Origin: Octopus vulgaris
Lineage: Eukaryota
Reading direction: 5' to 3'
Length of the DNA: 64,000 bases
NCBI GenBank assembly: GCA_951406725.2
Contig: OX597818.1
Coordinates: 38,440,001-38,504,000 of the forward strand
Shown here in pieces: positions 24,674 to 36,602 of the stretch. The notes under the pieces are model-generated. The model was not told the DNA's origin and ran no database searches. It saw only the letters and a program-made list of their open reading frames with translations. The position numbers and the translations under genes are program-made. Each line of letters opens with the position of its first letter. Position 1 is the first letter of the stretch.

Positions 24674-25360
24674 CTAACAGAAATAAAAGAATAAAAAAAT
24701 TTAATCGTAACAGGTTGTATGGCATAAATGGTTTATCAGTATTTCAACATACCATATAAAAATGAAGTTAAAAAAAAAAGAGAGCAAAAAAGAAATACTT
24801 TTTATTTGTCGCCAGAAACTATACCTCTTGATTGTAATTCAGTTAACTTCAAAGACCAAGCTCATTTTCACTTTTATCAAATGCATCACATACATCTATT
24901 CTGTTTACAACCATTGGAGTGTAGCTATGTTGGACCATTTCAGTAGATTCTATTGCCCCAAAAATTTGCCCAGTACTTATTTTAGTGGCCCCGTAAAGGA
25001 ACAATAAAGTTGAACTGGGTATAAAGCAATGTAACCATAACATCAACCATACTAGGTTTGCAGCCCCAAAGATACAAATATTTAGTGGATCTGGAGTTCT
25101 GTACTCTCAGTTGCTGAAACATTTTGGAAATCCAGATATGCTTTGGCCTTGTGAACCTGTGGGCTTCAGTCAAACTGTTACTACACCAATGACAGGATTA
25201 CTTTAAAAAAATTGAAATTTCACCATGGTGAGCAAAAAAAGTTCCATCACCGGTCTAGTTTGTAGCTTATACTTCATACGAGCATGGTTTCATTTCTGGC
25301 CTTCACATATTAGTGTTAAGAAATTATTGTTTTCTAACATCATTTTTTAAACATTTTAAA

Positions 25361-25554
25361 TCACTCACACTATTCAAATTCTTTTATTCTTTTGTATGTT
25401 TCATTCTTGAAGCTGCGGCCATGCTGGGGCACCACGAGTTAAAAAATCTGCTCCTCACCCGGGGCAGATTTTGTAACTGGTGGTGCCCCAACATGGCAGC
25501 AGCCTCAAGGCTGAAGCATATAAAAGAATAAAATAATTTGAACAGTGTGAGTGA
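25361..25554. repeat. Inverted repeat (about 94-bp arms, 6-nt loop) built from SINE tail plus flank
   Basis: 25361-25454 pairs with 25461-25554 with scattered mismatches. Confidence 0.85.
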
Positions 25555-26430
25555 ATTATATGAGATAACCTTTATGATAAATATACATATTTCTGTGGTG
25601 ATAAAAAAAGTACATGGAAATGCTGAATATTGTACGTAATCATTATAATGTTACTGAATTATTGTCATATTTTAACAACTTCTTGCAACAGATTATAGCA
25701 AATAATCTGCTCAAAATCATCTAATTTAGCAGCTGAAGTAGAGAAAACTCTGAGTTGACTTCTTAATTTTCATACATCTGAATAGAGTGGCAAAACATAC
25801 AAATAAACCATATTTGATGACATATAAACATACTTTTCCCCCACCAGAATGTCTCAAAATACCATCCAGAGTCTTATATGCAAAGTCGGGCCTCCAATAA
25901 GCTTTAATGCACTATCTTTTACTTCTTTCAGTCATTAGACTGCGGCCATGCTGGAGCTCTGTCTTGAAGAATTTTAATCGAACTAATCAAACCCGGTACT
26001 TAATCTAGCAGTCTCTCTTGCCAAACTACAAAGTTATGGGGATGTAAACACACCAGCACTGGTTGTCAAGCACACACATATATGATGGCCTTCTTTCAGT
26101 TTCTGTTTACCAAATCCACTCACAAGGCTTTAGTAGAGAACACTTGCCCAATGTGCTACACAGTAAGACTGAACCTGGAACCTTGTGGTTGGGAAAGAAA
26201 CTTGCCGCATCTGCACCATTTTTCTTGAATATGTACAGTGAAGTTGGTGTGCATCTAATATGCCAGTTCATCTTTTATGTCATCAAATGACATACATAAT
26301 TGTAAAAAGAAAAAAAAAAATTCCTTCAATTATAAAACCAAATTATTAACGAAACTACTCAAACTCAATAGAAACAATAAAAAAAAACATGCATCTAAAT
26401 TATTTTAATAAAGATGTCAATTTTTCTTAC

Positions 26431-26567
26431 AGGTTGATAACTTTGTTCTTGATTTTTGGAATTGATTTGAAGGTGAAAGACATTAATATTTTCACTGGAA
26501 CATCAAATAGTTCATTTTTTCTTTTCTTCTTTAAAAAACTGAACAGGGCATTTATACTGGATTTAAC
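26431..26567 (-). CDS. RSL1D1: RSL1D1 exon 2
   Basis: AG/GT-flanked; VKSSINALFSFLKKKRKNELFDVPVKILMSFTFKSIPKIKNKVINL. Confidence 0.85.
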
Positions 26568-27244
26568 CTAAAATAAAAACAAGAAAATTTACAAATTTAT
26601 GGTATGCCATAAAATTTTGATGGGGAGAATTTTTTCTAGAAAATGCAGAAAGCAATGAAAATGAAGTAAAGTAAATGCAGAATAATGACAATGGTTCTGA
26701 TTATGGCCAGAACCATGTACAAAGAGTTTGAGATGTAGTCATGGACTGTAAATGTGAATATTCTTTTGGTTTTTTTTTACTGGTTTCAGTCATTGGACTG
26801 CAGCCACACTAGAGCACCACCTTCAGGGGTTTACTCAATCATATTACACCCCTCCACTGCATAACATTTATTTCAGCTTAGTAATTACTTTAAGGGGTTT
26901 TTATTTACCACACCATCAAGCTAAGGGCATGAAAGAACACAACATAACACCTTTTTTTTTTTTAGACCAATGTAAAATAAACACACAAGGACACATATAT
27001 TGGACTTCTGTGTAATTTTTGTCAAGCAAGTATCACTCACAAGGTATTGATAAATCTGAGGCAGTAGAACATGCTAGATTAAAATGACATACAATAGAAT
27101 TGGAGCCAGAAGCATGTGGTAGCGAAACAAACTTCTTAATTCTTATCTACATAGCCATACCTTTGTCTTAGGATGGGTCACTGAAAGAGTCTTTATGTAG
27201 TTGTTTGGCCTACTAGAGTTGGTAGTCAAATCTGTGTCAAATTT

Positions 27245-27531
27245 TAATACTCCTGCTCCAGAGCGTCGGCTGCGGGGTCACTCTGAAAAGCTCTATCTGT
27301 GATGATTTCATCTCAATCGAAGGAGAGGGGCTTTCTCCGTCCGGGTTGCGGATCTGTGGAATAAGCTGCCGGACGACATAGTGAAGATGCTGACGACCGC
27401 TCGTTTCAAAGTCACTCTTGACCAGAAATGGCCTGAACTCTTTGCATGAACACCCTCCCTGTACATAATCCGTGTCCCCCTACATGGCCTTGCCTCTTGC
27501 TTTTTGAGCCAAAAAATTAACTTAACTTAAC
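27245..27531 (+). mobile_element. CR1-clade LINE 3' end
   Basis: RLRGHSEKL...AFSVRVADLWNKLPDDIV...FKVTLD motif; (TTAAC)n tail. Confidence 0.8.
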
Positions 27532-28091
27532 ATGTAGACCCAGATATATTTGAAACAGTGGTTCTTATGAATTAAAGGCCACTTTCTTCTAATCATAGTT
27601 CAACATTTCTCATGGCACCAGCAGACAAAATCGTAAAGGCATTGCTCCAGAGGATAGCGAAGGGGATGTGCTGGAAGAGCCACTTTGACTTATGGGGCTT
27701 GCACTTGCGGACAGTAATCTCCGCCCCGATAGTGATGAGCAGCCTTAATTAAGACTGGCCTCAGACTAAACAAAAACAACAAACTAACCATTTGTATCCC
27801 TTCACTGTCACTAGTGTTGCTGGCCAAGACACTCAAGGCTTTATTAGCAGGGTTCCATCTCTAAATAGCTACCAGTGTTTGAAATAATTCATTTCTGTTG
27901 ACAGTAGTTACACTGTAAGATTCTCAAATGATTTGCTGTCTTGTAGTATTAAGTTTAGTTCCTATTCCTGCAAGGAAAATTACTTGCAACATGCAGGTAT
28001 CCTGACCAGATTCATCACTCCTCACCTTAATGTCAAAGATTATAATTTTGGTAATCTTTCAGGATAAGGTGCTTAAAAATGTAAATAAAAA

Positions 28092-28350
28092 TTAAAGGGG
28101 AGATAACTTGCTGTTAACGTGGACATTGGTTATAGCCACCAACAAGTGAACGAAAGTCCTTTTCCTTGGTACAGAATTCCTCCATATAAACTCATGTAAA
28201 TATGAAATGAATAAATTGCCTGACGTTCCAAATCGACATCGTAATTTTCTTTTTATCCACATATTCTCCACACATCGCGTATGCACGTCGTTATTTGTCC
28301 TATCTACAAAGTTCTCCCGATGCACAATCACTTCATGAGTGTATGTACCG
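28092..28350 (-). mobile_element. Merlin/IS1595-like (ISXO2) transposase C-terminal fragment
   Basis: YTHEVIVHRENFVD...VHTRCVENMW...YLHEFIWR. Confidence 0.75.
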
Positions 28351-28545
28351 TTATTTTGGTATGGGAACCTAATTATCCCCTTTAATTTTAATTTATTTAA
28401 ACATCCTATACTGAAAGATTACCTTATATTTTTTCACCAATGGTCTTTATTGTATCCAACACTTTTTATGATGCTAAATCAAAGTACACTACGTAAGAAT
28501 AACCTATCTATAAAGAAAACTCTCATGAATTAGCGAAAAAATAGC

Positions 28546-28775
28546 GGTACTACTTGAGAACAGTGGTCCCGGTGCGCGCAAACGGGCACCAGTCTACGAT
28601 GCTAGTACCCTAGTGGATCCTACAACGACTACCTAGCAAAGTAAATAAAGCACAAAATAAATAAATTTTTAAACAATGTAAATAACACACAAAAACACAA
28701 AGTAAGGATCGACTAGTCATGACTAGCTAACGCGGATGCGCGAGTACGCGTACTGGGACCACTGTTCTCAAGTAG
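28546..28775. mobile_element. MITE with about 29-bp TIRs, possibly Merlin-type
   Basis: CTACTTGAGAACAGTGGTCCCGGTGCGCG / CGCGTACTGGGACCACTGTTCTCAAGTAG. Confidence 0.75.
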
Positions 28776-29548
28776 CTTCATCTGATCTATATTACTGAGT
28801 ATGAAAAAAATGGGCAATATTCCGTTTCTAGATTGCCAAAAAATGACAGCTAAGCTCTACCCGAGCAGATCTATGATCAAAAAGTTCAAGCTATGACCAT
28901 ATCGATTTTTTTTTTTTGGCTAAAATAAATCCTGGACTACATAATCCAATGTCCTCTTTCCGTTTGTTAAAACAGGAAAATATGACACGAGGAAAATTTG
29001 GGTTATGATTAAGGCATGTGTTGAAAGAGTTTAATACCAAGTCAGCTCTAATAAAGCATACTGATGATCAAAAACATTCTCTCCGTGACACCCAATCTTT
29101 TTTTTGCCAAGACAATATTATCAAACATGTCCTTCTCTAAGACAATACTGATTTGAGGAATATTCAATGGGTTCTTCGAGTTAACACGTTGCCAGGCGAG
29201 ATGGTAACACCATTCGCATTTTCGAACATAATAATCTATTTGGGTACCTTTTCTGTCCACTACTCAGTTCAGCTCTTTAATGATTCGTAACCACAAAAAG
29301 TGGCATGAATAGACATAAAATAATATGCCACAATATTCCCCAAAACGTTAATCCTTCGGTATAAATTGCGAAGTTAGTAAAACTGAGTCGTGTTAAAAAA
29401 AAAAAAAAGAGTACAGATTACTTATCTGCAAAAAATATTTTTAGAGTAACAAATGAAACATATACAGGAGAACCGACATATTAATAAAGTATTTAACCAT
29501 GCAGTAATAATATATTTCAGATAAATCAAATAAAACAAAGCATTTTAC

Positions 29549-29584
29549 CTGATCCACTTCGACATCAAGTAGTTTCGAAGCCAT
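29549..29584 (-). CDS. RSL1D1: Ribosomal L1 domain-containing protein 1, exon 1 (7 coding exons, 352 aa in total)
   Basis: ATG at 29584; MASKLLDVEVDQ then CAG|gtaaaa phase-0 donor, in frame with exon 2. Confidence 0.75.
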
Positions 29585-29816
29585 ATTCTAAAATGCACGT
29601 GGAGACATATGACTACTTCGGGGTAAAGGATTAATTAATAGCTTACTTTAAAAATAATCTTTCTATTTTTTTTGTAACTATAAAAATTATTTAATCGAGA
29701 AATACTACTTAAAATATATTATAAAAGTTTCTTTTTTATTAACAAGATTAAATATTCAGTGCGGTAATAAATTTAAAAAACATGACGACAGACGACACTG
29801 ATCATGGCCCACGTCA
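29585..29816. promoter_or_regulatory. Putative bidirectional promoter RSL1D1/CANT1 with CACGTG E-box (29596-29601)
   Basis: Divergent start codons only 232 bp apart. Confidence 0.6.
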
Positions 29817-30474
29817 ATGGTGTCCGTGAAGCAAAATTTGTTTCCAGATCAGGAACAACTTACAGATTTTATGGATTATGATATGAAGGGCACATATCCT
29901 TCAACTGTACATGACTGGATGGTTGCCATACGCCGACCTGTACCTTATAGGGTCGGTAATGCTAAACTTCACATAAAACCCCGTTTCCTTGCGTATGCTG
30001 CCATTTTCGCTGGCGCTGTTCTTATCTTAGTTGTGATGTTTCTTCCTAATCCATCGAATTTAGCTATAAATTGTCCGCGTGACAATTTTCATTCAAATCG
30101 ATTTTACAATTCAATCTACCCACTTTCCAAACCAATATTAACAGAAGCCGGGTTAAAATACCGAATAGCCATAATCGCAGATTTAGACACGCAGTCATTT
30201 AGAAAATCAAATACCTGGATCAGCTACATGAAATTAGGGAATTTAACTATTTCAGATGATTTCACCAATTTATCAGTTGATTTTGAATCTAAAATGTTAA
30301 CTCTTTCGTCAACCCTGTCTCAAGGTGGGCGCGGTATGGAATTGTCTGAACTTGTGACATATAATGGAAATTTATACACTGTTGATGATAGAACAGGAGT
30401 TGTTTATTTGATAAAAAATAACAACGTTATTCCTTGGGTAGTGTTAACGGACGGTAATGGCGAAAGTAACAAAG
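29817..30474 (+). CDS. CANT1: Soluble calcium-activated nucleotidase 1 (apyrase family), exon 1 (join 29817-30474,42726-42929,45098-45468)
   Basis: Type II membrane anchor, YRIAIIADLD, GRGMELSEL, VDDRTG, IPWVVLTDGNG; donor G|gtgagt at 30475. Start could also be 29871 or 29883. Confidence 0.93.
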
Positions 30475-31063
30475 GTGAGTCAACGTACAATCATTTTTCT
30501 TTCAAAATGTTTCATGCAACTGAACTTAGAAAACAGTGTGTGTAATATATGATAATAATGTGACAAGTCGTCGCATCAACAATTCATACCATTGAAATTG
30601 TAATATATTATATATATGAAACGAATTTGTCTTTGCTCCAACAGTTTTCGATTCGATCACAAATACTTATTCATAAATACGTGTTTGTGAGGGTGTATAG
30701 TATGAATAAGTTACTGGTACGTTTACGGTTTTTGTGTCAATACCATTCATTTAGTACTGAAAACATCTTTAGATTTTAGCCAACATTGTATATACAGGTG
30801 TGAGTACCTTGTCCCTTATCTTCAGTGTTGGTGGTCAGAAAGAAAGGGATAAGCTAGATGAGTTTCAGTAGGAATGCCTTATAAATCCACTTTTAACAAA
30901 TGGCTTAAATAAATTGGATAGACTGATTGACATATGTAATTAATAAATTACTGGAACCAGATGAAGAGCGCATTACACAGATAAATTAAGTACAGAGTAG
31001 AGATTTACATAAAATAAGATGAGGATGAAAAAAAAAAAAAAAAAGAATGAGATAAAATGTATA

Positions 31064-31910
31064 CAGTGTTTGGGCTAAATTTGACGATTTTTATGTCTCC
31101 TGTTTTCAGAAACAGCTTGCTATATTGATGAACAAGTCAATAGCGACGGAGAGTATAAAGATTAAAGTTGTAGCTGAGAAAAAGTTAGCTTGACAGGGAT
31201 AGGAAACCATCTGAATATTGGTAAAGAGTTACCTATATCATGATCATTCATGCCAGGTATCAAAAAGCTGACATCATGAATGCTGCTCAAATCTATGTGA
31301 ACAGTGACATAACACGGACAACGTGAAAACCAAGTTCATCCAAATTGTGAAGACTTTTTGTGTCTCCCCTGTGAGGGTAACATCATGCAAGCTCACATTT
31401 TTGAATTGAGCCTTGGGTTCAATTCAGATGACTATGTGAAGCTGCTGGTGACTGTGGGCAGTCCCTGGGTAGAGAGAGTTGCTGCTGGAAGACCATATGT
31501 GCAGCGGTCAGAATTCAGTTCCTAGTCTCACCTTCGGAAAAAGTCAGGAGTTGTCGGAAATTTTCTACAACTTCGCCAGCCCCTATTTCTGGCCTCTTAA
31601 TTCCCCTTATTGTAGTAACGCTATGGATTACTATGTGTGGGGCATGGTTGAGAAAGGCACTAACTGCTCTATCTGTAATACCAAGTCTGAGCTAGTGCCC
31701 ATGATCTACCCATGGACACAGTGAGGAATGCATGTGCTAGGTTCCAGAGCTATCTTGACGTCGTGGTGGAAGCTGAGGGCAGCTATATGAGCAAACTGTT
31801 GTCTCCCAGCAATAATCTAGTGAATATTTTTGCTTTTTTAAAAATACTTTTATTTTTGAACAGGATATTGTTTTCTTTTTATGCAAACTGTCAAATTTAG
31901 CCTGAATCCT
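31064..31910 (+). mobile_element. Degenerate Tc1/mariner superfamily element (DD37D/maT-like)
   Basis: TA|CAGTGTTTGGGCTAAATTTGAC ... GTCAAATTTAGCCTGAA TIRs; FWPLNSPY..NAMDYYVWG. Confidence 0.7.
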
Positions 31911-32476
31911 CCCTCTCCCCTCCCGTCTTCATGATAAGTTCACTGTACACTTTTTATTGATTTTACTAAATAATACAAGTCTTGCTAATGCAAACCAATA
32001 CAAATCTCTTTTGGAGCTTGATCATATGTATAATGTTTATACACAAATTGCTACACATATACACACTGATACAGACACACACATACATATATATGTATGC
32101 TTATCTTTATATCATCAGCATCATTTTAATGTCTACTTTTCCATGGTTGCATGGATCAGGGTCAGATGAGAGCTTATTGGGGCAGTGTTTTCCACATCTG
32201 GATGCCCATTCTGTTGCCAACCTCCACTTGATTCTAAGTGAAGTAATAATCTCCCAGTCTGTCAAAAGACAAACAGCTCAGACATGTTTATGATAAGAAC
32301 TGCTACGAAGATTGTGCAACATGTCAAAAAGCCTGGACATGCTTTTGTTGTAGACTTCAAGCAAATGATGCTGACAGTGAACCATTGTTTACAACACACG
32401 AAGAGGAAGGAAGTACAGACTCACTCAAACACACATATGTACACAGGCTCAGCCGAAGAAAATCTGCCTCAATAAA

Positions 32477-32772
32477 CTGCTGGAGCCTATGCGGCAGGTA
32501 TTTAAAGAGAGAAATTTGACAAGACAGTCAGTCACCAGCTGACACTCGCTGACGATACATCGAAGAGGCCAGGGAACAGAAGGAAGAAGACATGCACCCA
32601 ACACCAGAGCTGAAGACACCTCCGAAAGGCCCCCCCCCCACCTCAAAACGGTAGAGGAGTAGGGGCCGAAACCAGACTTGGTTCCTCCTGATGATGTCTT
32701 GAGCTAACTGGATCCTATAAAGGAGCTGTTGTGGTAGCAGACCATGAAACACTGTTGTAATTCCTCCTGGAA
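32477..32772 (+). mobile_element. Second copy of the HERO-like 3' UTR; candidate permuted hammerhead at 32649-32700
   Basis: Reverse complement of 10804-11100 with few differences. Confidence 0.75.
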
Positions 32773-34218
32773 AGGGTAGACTGAGGAAGTGGTGAGAAAT
32801 GATTTTTTGGATATTGAGCCTCATAGAGAAGATGACAAGCGACTGAGACTTCTGGCCATTCGTTGTGCTTGAGAAACTTGTCAAGCTAAGTGAAATTATG
32901 ACCATCCACACAGATATGTATGTCCTTTACAACCATGCCCCCTCCCACACACACACACTGACCCCTGTCAAAACTTCCCCATCTTTCCAGCACCCGCAGG
33001 CTCCTCCCCTTCACTCTCCTTCATCTGCTGCAGGGCCCTCCACTCTCTCTCATACGCCTATCTGCACAATCTCCATGTCCTCATATGTCCTCCCTGCCCA
33101 ACTCTCAGCCTCTCCAATTTCCTTTACCATCACTTGCTACAGTCATGTCTTCCCCATCTCTAAACGTGTCCTCACACACTCTCATGGAACATCCCCTTCT
33201 ATTCCCTCTGTACTATTTATACTCCCTCTCCCTGTTTCCTGTAGACCACAATAGATCTCCAACACCATCTATTCTCTCTATCTTTCTCCCACACTCTCTC
33301 CCATCTTCCTGTGCTGCTGCCATGTAAAAAGTGCCCAACAGACTCTGTAAAGTGCTTAGCATTAGGAAGGGTATCCAGCCATAGATAGAACAGACAGCTA
33401 CAGCCCATGCCAGCATAGAAAAGGGGTTTTAAATGATGATAATGATGATTATATATGTATATAAATATAAATCAAAAATGAAAAAACAAAATAATAAATT
33501 GCACAATTATGAATTCAGTTCAATTTAAATATTTTATACAAACAAATGACACTGTTGTATATATCATCATCATCATCATCATCGTTTAACGTCCGCTTTC
33601 CATGCTGGCATGGGTTGGACGATTTGACTGAGGACTGGCAAGCCGGATGGCTGCACCCGGTTCCAATCTGATCTGGCAGGGTTTCTACAGCTGGATGACC
33701 TTCCTAATGCCAACCACTCTGAGAGTGTAGTGGGTGCTTTTACGTGCCACCGGCATGAGGGCCAGTCAGTCGGTACTGGCAACGGCCACGCTCAAATGGT
33801 GTTTTTTACATGCCACCTGTACAGGAGCCAGTCCAGCGGCACTGGCAACGACCTCACTCAAATGTTGTTTTTCAAGTGCCAGTAAGGTGAAGCTGATAAC
33901 AATCACGCTCGAATGGTGCTTTTTATGTGCCACCAGCACAGGAGCCAATCAGCAATGATCGCGCTCGGATGGTGCTCTTAGCGCTCTACTAGCACAGATG
34001 CCAGTCATGCGGTGCTGTCATTGAATTTGATTTCGATTTCACTTGCTTCAACAGGTCTTCGCAAGCAGAGTTTAGTGTCTAATAAAGGAAAGGTACACAT
34101 AAGTAGGCTGGTTACACCACTGGCATAGGCCATGAATTATGGTCTCACTTGGCTTGCTGGGTCTTCTCAAGCACAGCATATTTCCAAAGGTCTTGGTAAG
34201 GCCTAATGTTCGAAGGTC

Positions 34219-35850
34219 AAAGCCTTTGATAGGGTCCTCCAATCCCTTATCTAGTGGTCAACATGGAAACTAGGGATAGACGAGTGGTTGGTAAGAACTG
34301 TACAAGCCATGTACAGGGATGCTGTCAGTTAGGTAAGGGTTGGCAACAAGTATAGCAATGAATTCAGAGTACAAGTAGGGGTTCACTAAGCATCAACCTG
34401 CTCTTGTTCCTCATAGTCCTCAAGGCAATAACAGACGAATTTAAGATGGGCTGCTCCTGGGAGCTCCTCTATGCTGCTGACCGTGTTCTTAGAGTTGAAT
34501 CACTACCAGAACTATAGAAGTAATTTCAGGTGTGGAAGCAAGGTCTAGAATTGATAGGCCTTGTAGTCAACCTAGCAAAATCCAAAGTCTTAGTAAGTAG
34601 GAAAACAGACAAATCACAAATCCCTTCAGGTAGATGATCCTCCTCGATCTGGAGGAAAGGCATTGATAGAAACTCCATAAGATATACCCAGTGCAAGCTA
34701 TGGACACATAAGAGGTGTGGCAATATCAGAGGAAGGTTAACTGGGAAAATAGTTTTTGTTTGTGGAAGGTGCACAGGTACAATTAACACTAAAAATGTAC
34801 AGAAAATAGACACCATTGACTGCCAGTGGGGTAACCTAGAGTTAGTTGTTAGCTTATGTTATCTAGGTGACCAAGTCAGTAGCGGAAGTAGATGCTCTGA
34901 GAATGTAGCTGTGAGAATAAGAATAGGCTAGGCAAATCTCAGAGAGCTCCTACCTCTGTTGGCAACAAAGGGCTTCTCACTCAGAGTGAAAGGCAAACTG
35001 TATGATGCCTGTATGTGAACTGCTATGCTACATGGTGGTGAAACATGGGCTGTGACTGCCAAGGATATGCATAGGCTTGAAAGAAATGAAGCCAGCATAC
35101 TTTGCTGGATATGTATGACAGAGTGTAAAGGTCTTGAGAGAAAAGTTGGGTATAAGAGACATCAGATGTAGTGTGCAAGAGAGATGACTGTGCTGGTATG
35201 ATCATGTGATGTATATAGATGAGGACAGCTGTGTAAAGAAGTGCTGATCTCTAACAGTGGAGGGAACCTGTGGTAGAGATAAACACAGGAAGACATGAGA
35301 TGAGATTGTGGAGTATGATCTTTGAATGCTGTATCTCACAGAGGCAATGACTAGTGAGTGAGTGCTTTGGTGATATGCCATGCTTGAGGTCAATTGTAGC
35401 AGTGGCCAATGCTGGTGTTATGTAACTGGCACCCATGCTGGTGGTACGTAAAAGGCACCCTTCAAGTGTTGGGCCTCACGGAGGCAATGTGGCTGATGCC
35501 AGTGTTCTGTAACTAGCACCCCTGCCAGTGGAACATAAGAGGCACTTTTCAAGCATTGAGCCCCATAGAGGCAGTGACAAAGGACTGAGATTTCTTGCAA
35601 TATGCCATACTTGAGAAGAAGACCCATAAAGCCAAATGAAATCGTAGTTGTGACAGATACTGGTGTCACACAATTGGCACCCATGCCAGTGGCACGTAAA
35701 AACACCCATTACGTTCTTGGAGTGGTTGGTGTTAGGAAGGGCATCCAGCTATAGAAACAATCAAAGTGGAGTCCCTCAGCTTGCCAGCCCTGGTCAAACC
35801 ATCCAACCATGCCAGTGTGGACAATGGATATTAAATGGTGATGATGATGA
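34219..35850 (+). mobile_element. Degenerate RTE-clade LINE (RT remnant, Cys-rich insert, 3' tail)
   Basis: KAFDRV...LGIDEWLVRTVQAMY...WELLYAAD...CKLWTHKRC; many stops. Confidence 0.85.
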
Positions 35851-35962
35851 TTAATGTTTTTTTTTTTTTTATGTTCTCTTATAATAAAAATCAATTTTAC
35901 ATTAATCTGATGGATTACTCTATACTTTTGGGGAGTACAAATTTATTAAGCAAGAATATTAT

Positions 35963-36011
35963 TGACAGTGACTTCGAAGTTTCAGCCAGGTAAGACATCA
36001 TCAGACTGCCA
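35963..36011 (-). ncRNA. Type I hammerhead ribozyme motif in a Penelope-like fragment (about 35880-36360)
   Basis: UGGCAGU-CUGAUGA-UGUCUUACCUGGCU-GAA-ACUUCGAAGU-C^-ACUGUCA. Confidence 0.65.
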
Positions 36012-36602
36012 CGCATTGAAGTTAATCTTGGCTTTATATAATCACTGTTAAGTTAAAATCTTCCTTTGGTATGTGTGTTTGAGTGGAGAGGTAATTAAGT
36101 TGTTGGGTGGGTTGTAATAGAGAGGTGATTTAGAGATGTTTTTACAGATTAATTGTGGTGTTATGTTGCTGTTTACAATTTATTCATGTATGTAGAACAT
36201 TGTAAACAAGTATGTATATTTAGGTGTGCTCCCTTTGGATCATGGGATTGCTTTTAGTGGTCCACAAAAATGATGTAGATAGGTCTGGGATATACCAGTA
36301 GTTTTAGTTATTTTTGGTTTTATTTGATTTAATCCTCAGCTCTGACTATGTAAAGGTCAAAGATTCAAAGTTTATATATTGTATGACAGGCTTCTTTCAG
36401 TTTCTGTCTACAAAATCTATTGATGAGGCTTCGGTTGACTCAGGGCTTTAGTAAAAGACATTTGCCTAAGATGCCATCAAAAGGACTGAATCCCATACCA
36501 TGTGGTTGCGAAGCATGCTTCTTAATGACATAATCATGCTTGTGCCTATCAAATATTGGTTTTGCCTGCAAAGTCAAATTTAATCAATATCTATAAAGTC
36601 TA

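Noticed and set aside
32604-32690. Type I hammerhead using the upstream CUGAAGA (32610-32616)
   Set aside because: Needs a large insertion before stem II and an extra nucleotide at the cleavage site; this CUGAAGA is better explained as one strand of the 32608-32618/32695-32705 helix.
32865-33327. Ser/Pro-rich ORFs
   Set aside because: Low-complexity CT-rich sequence between repeat fragments; no homology recognised.
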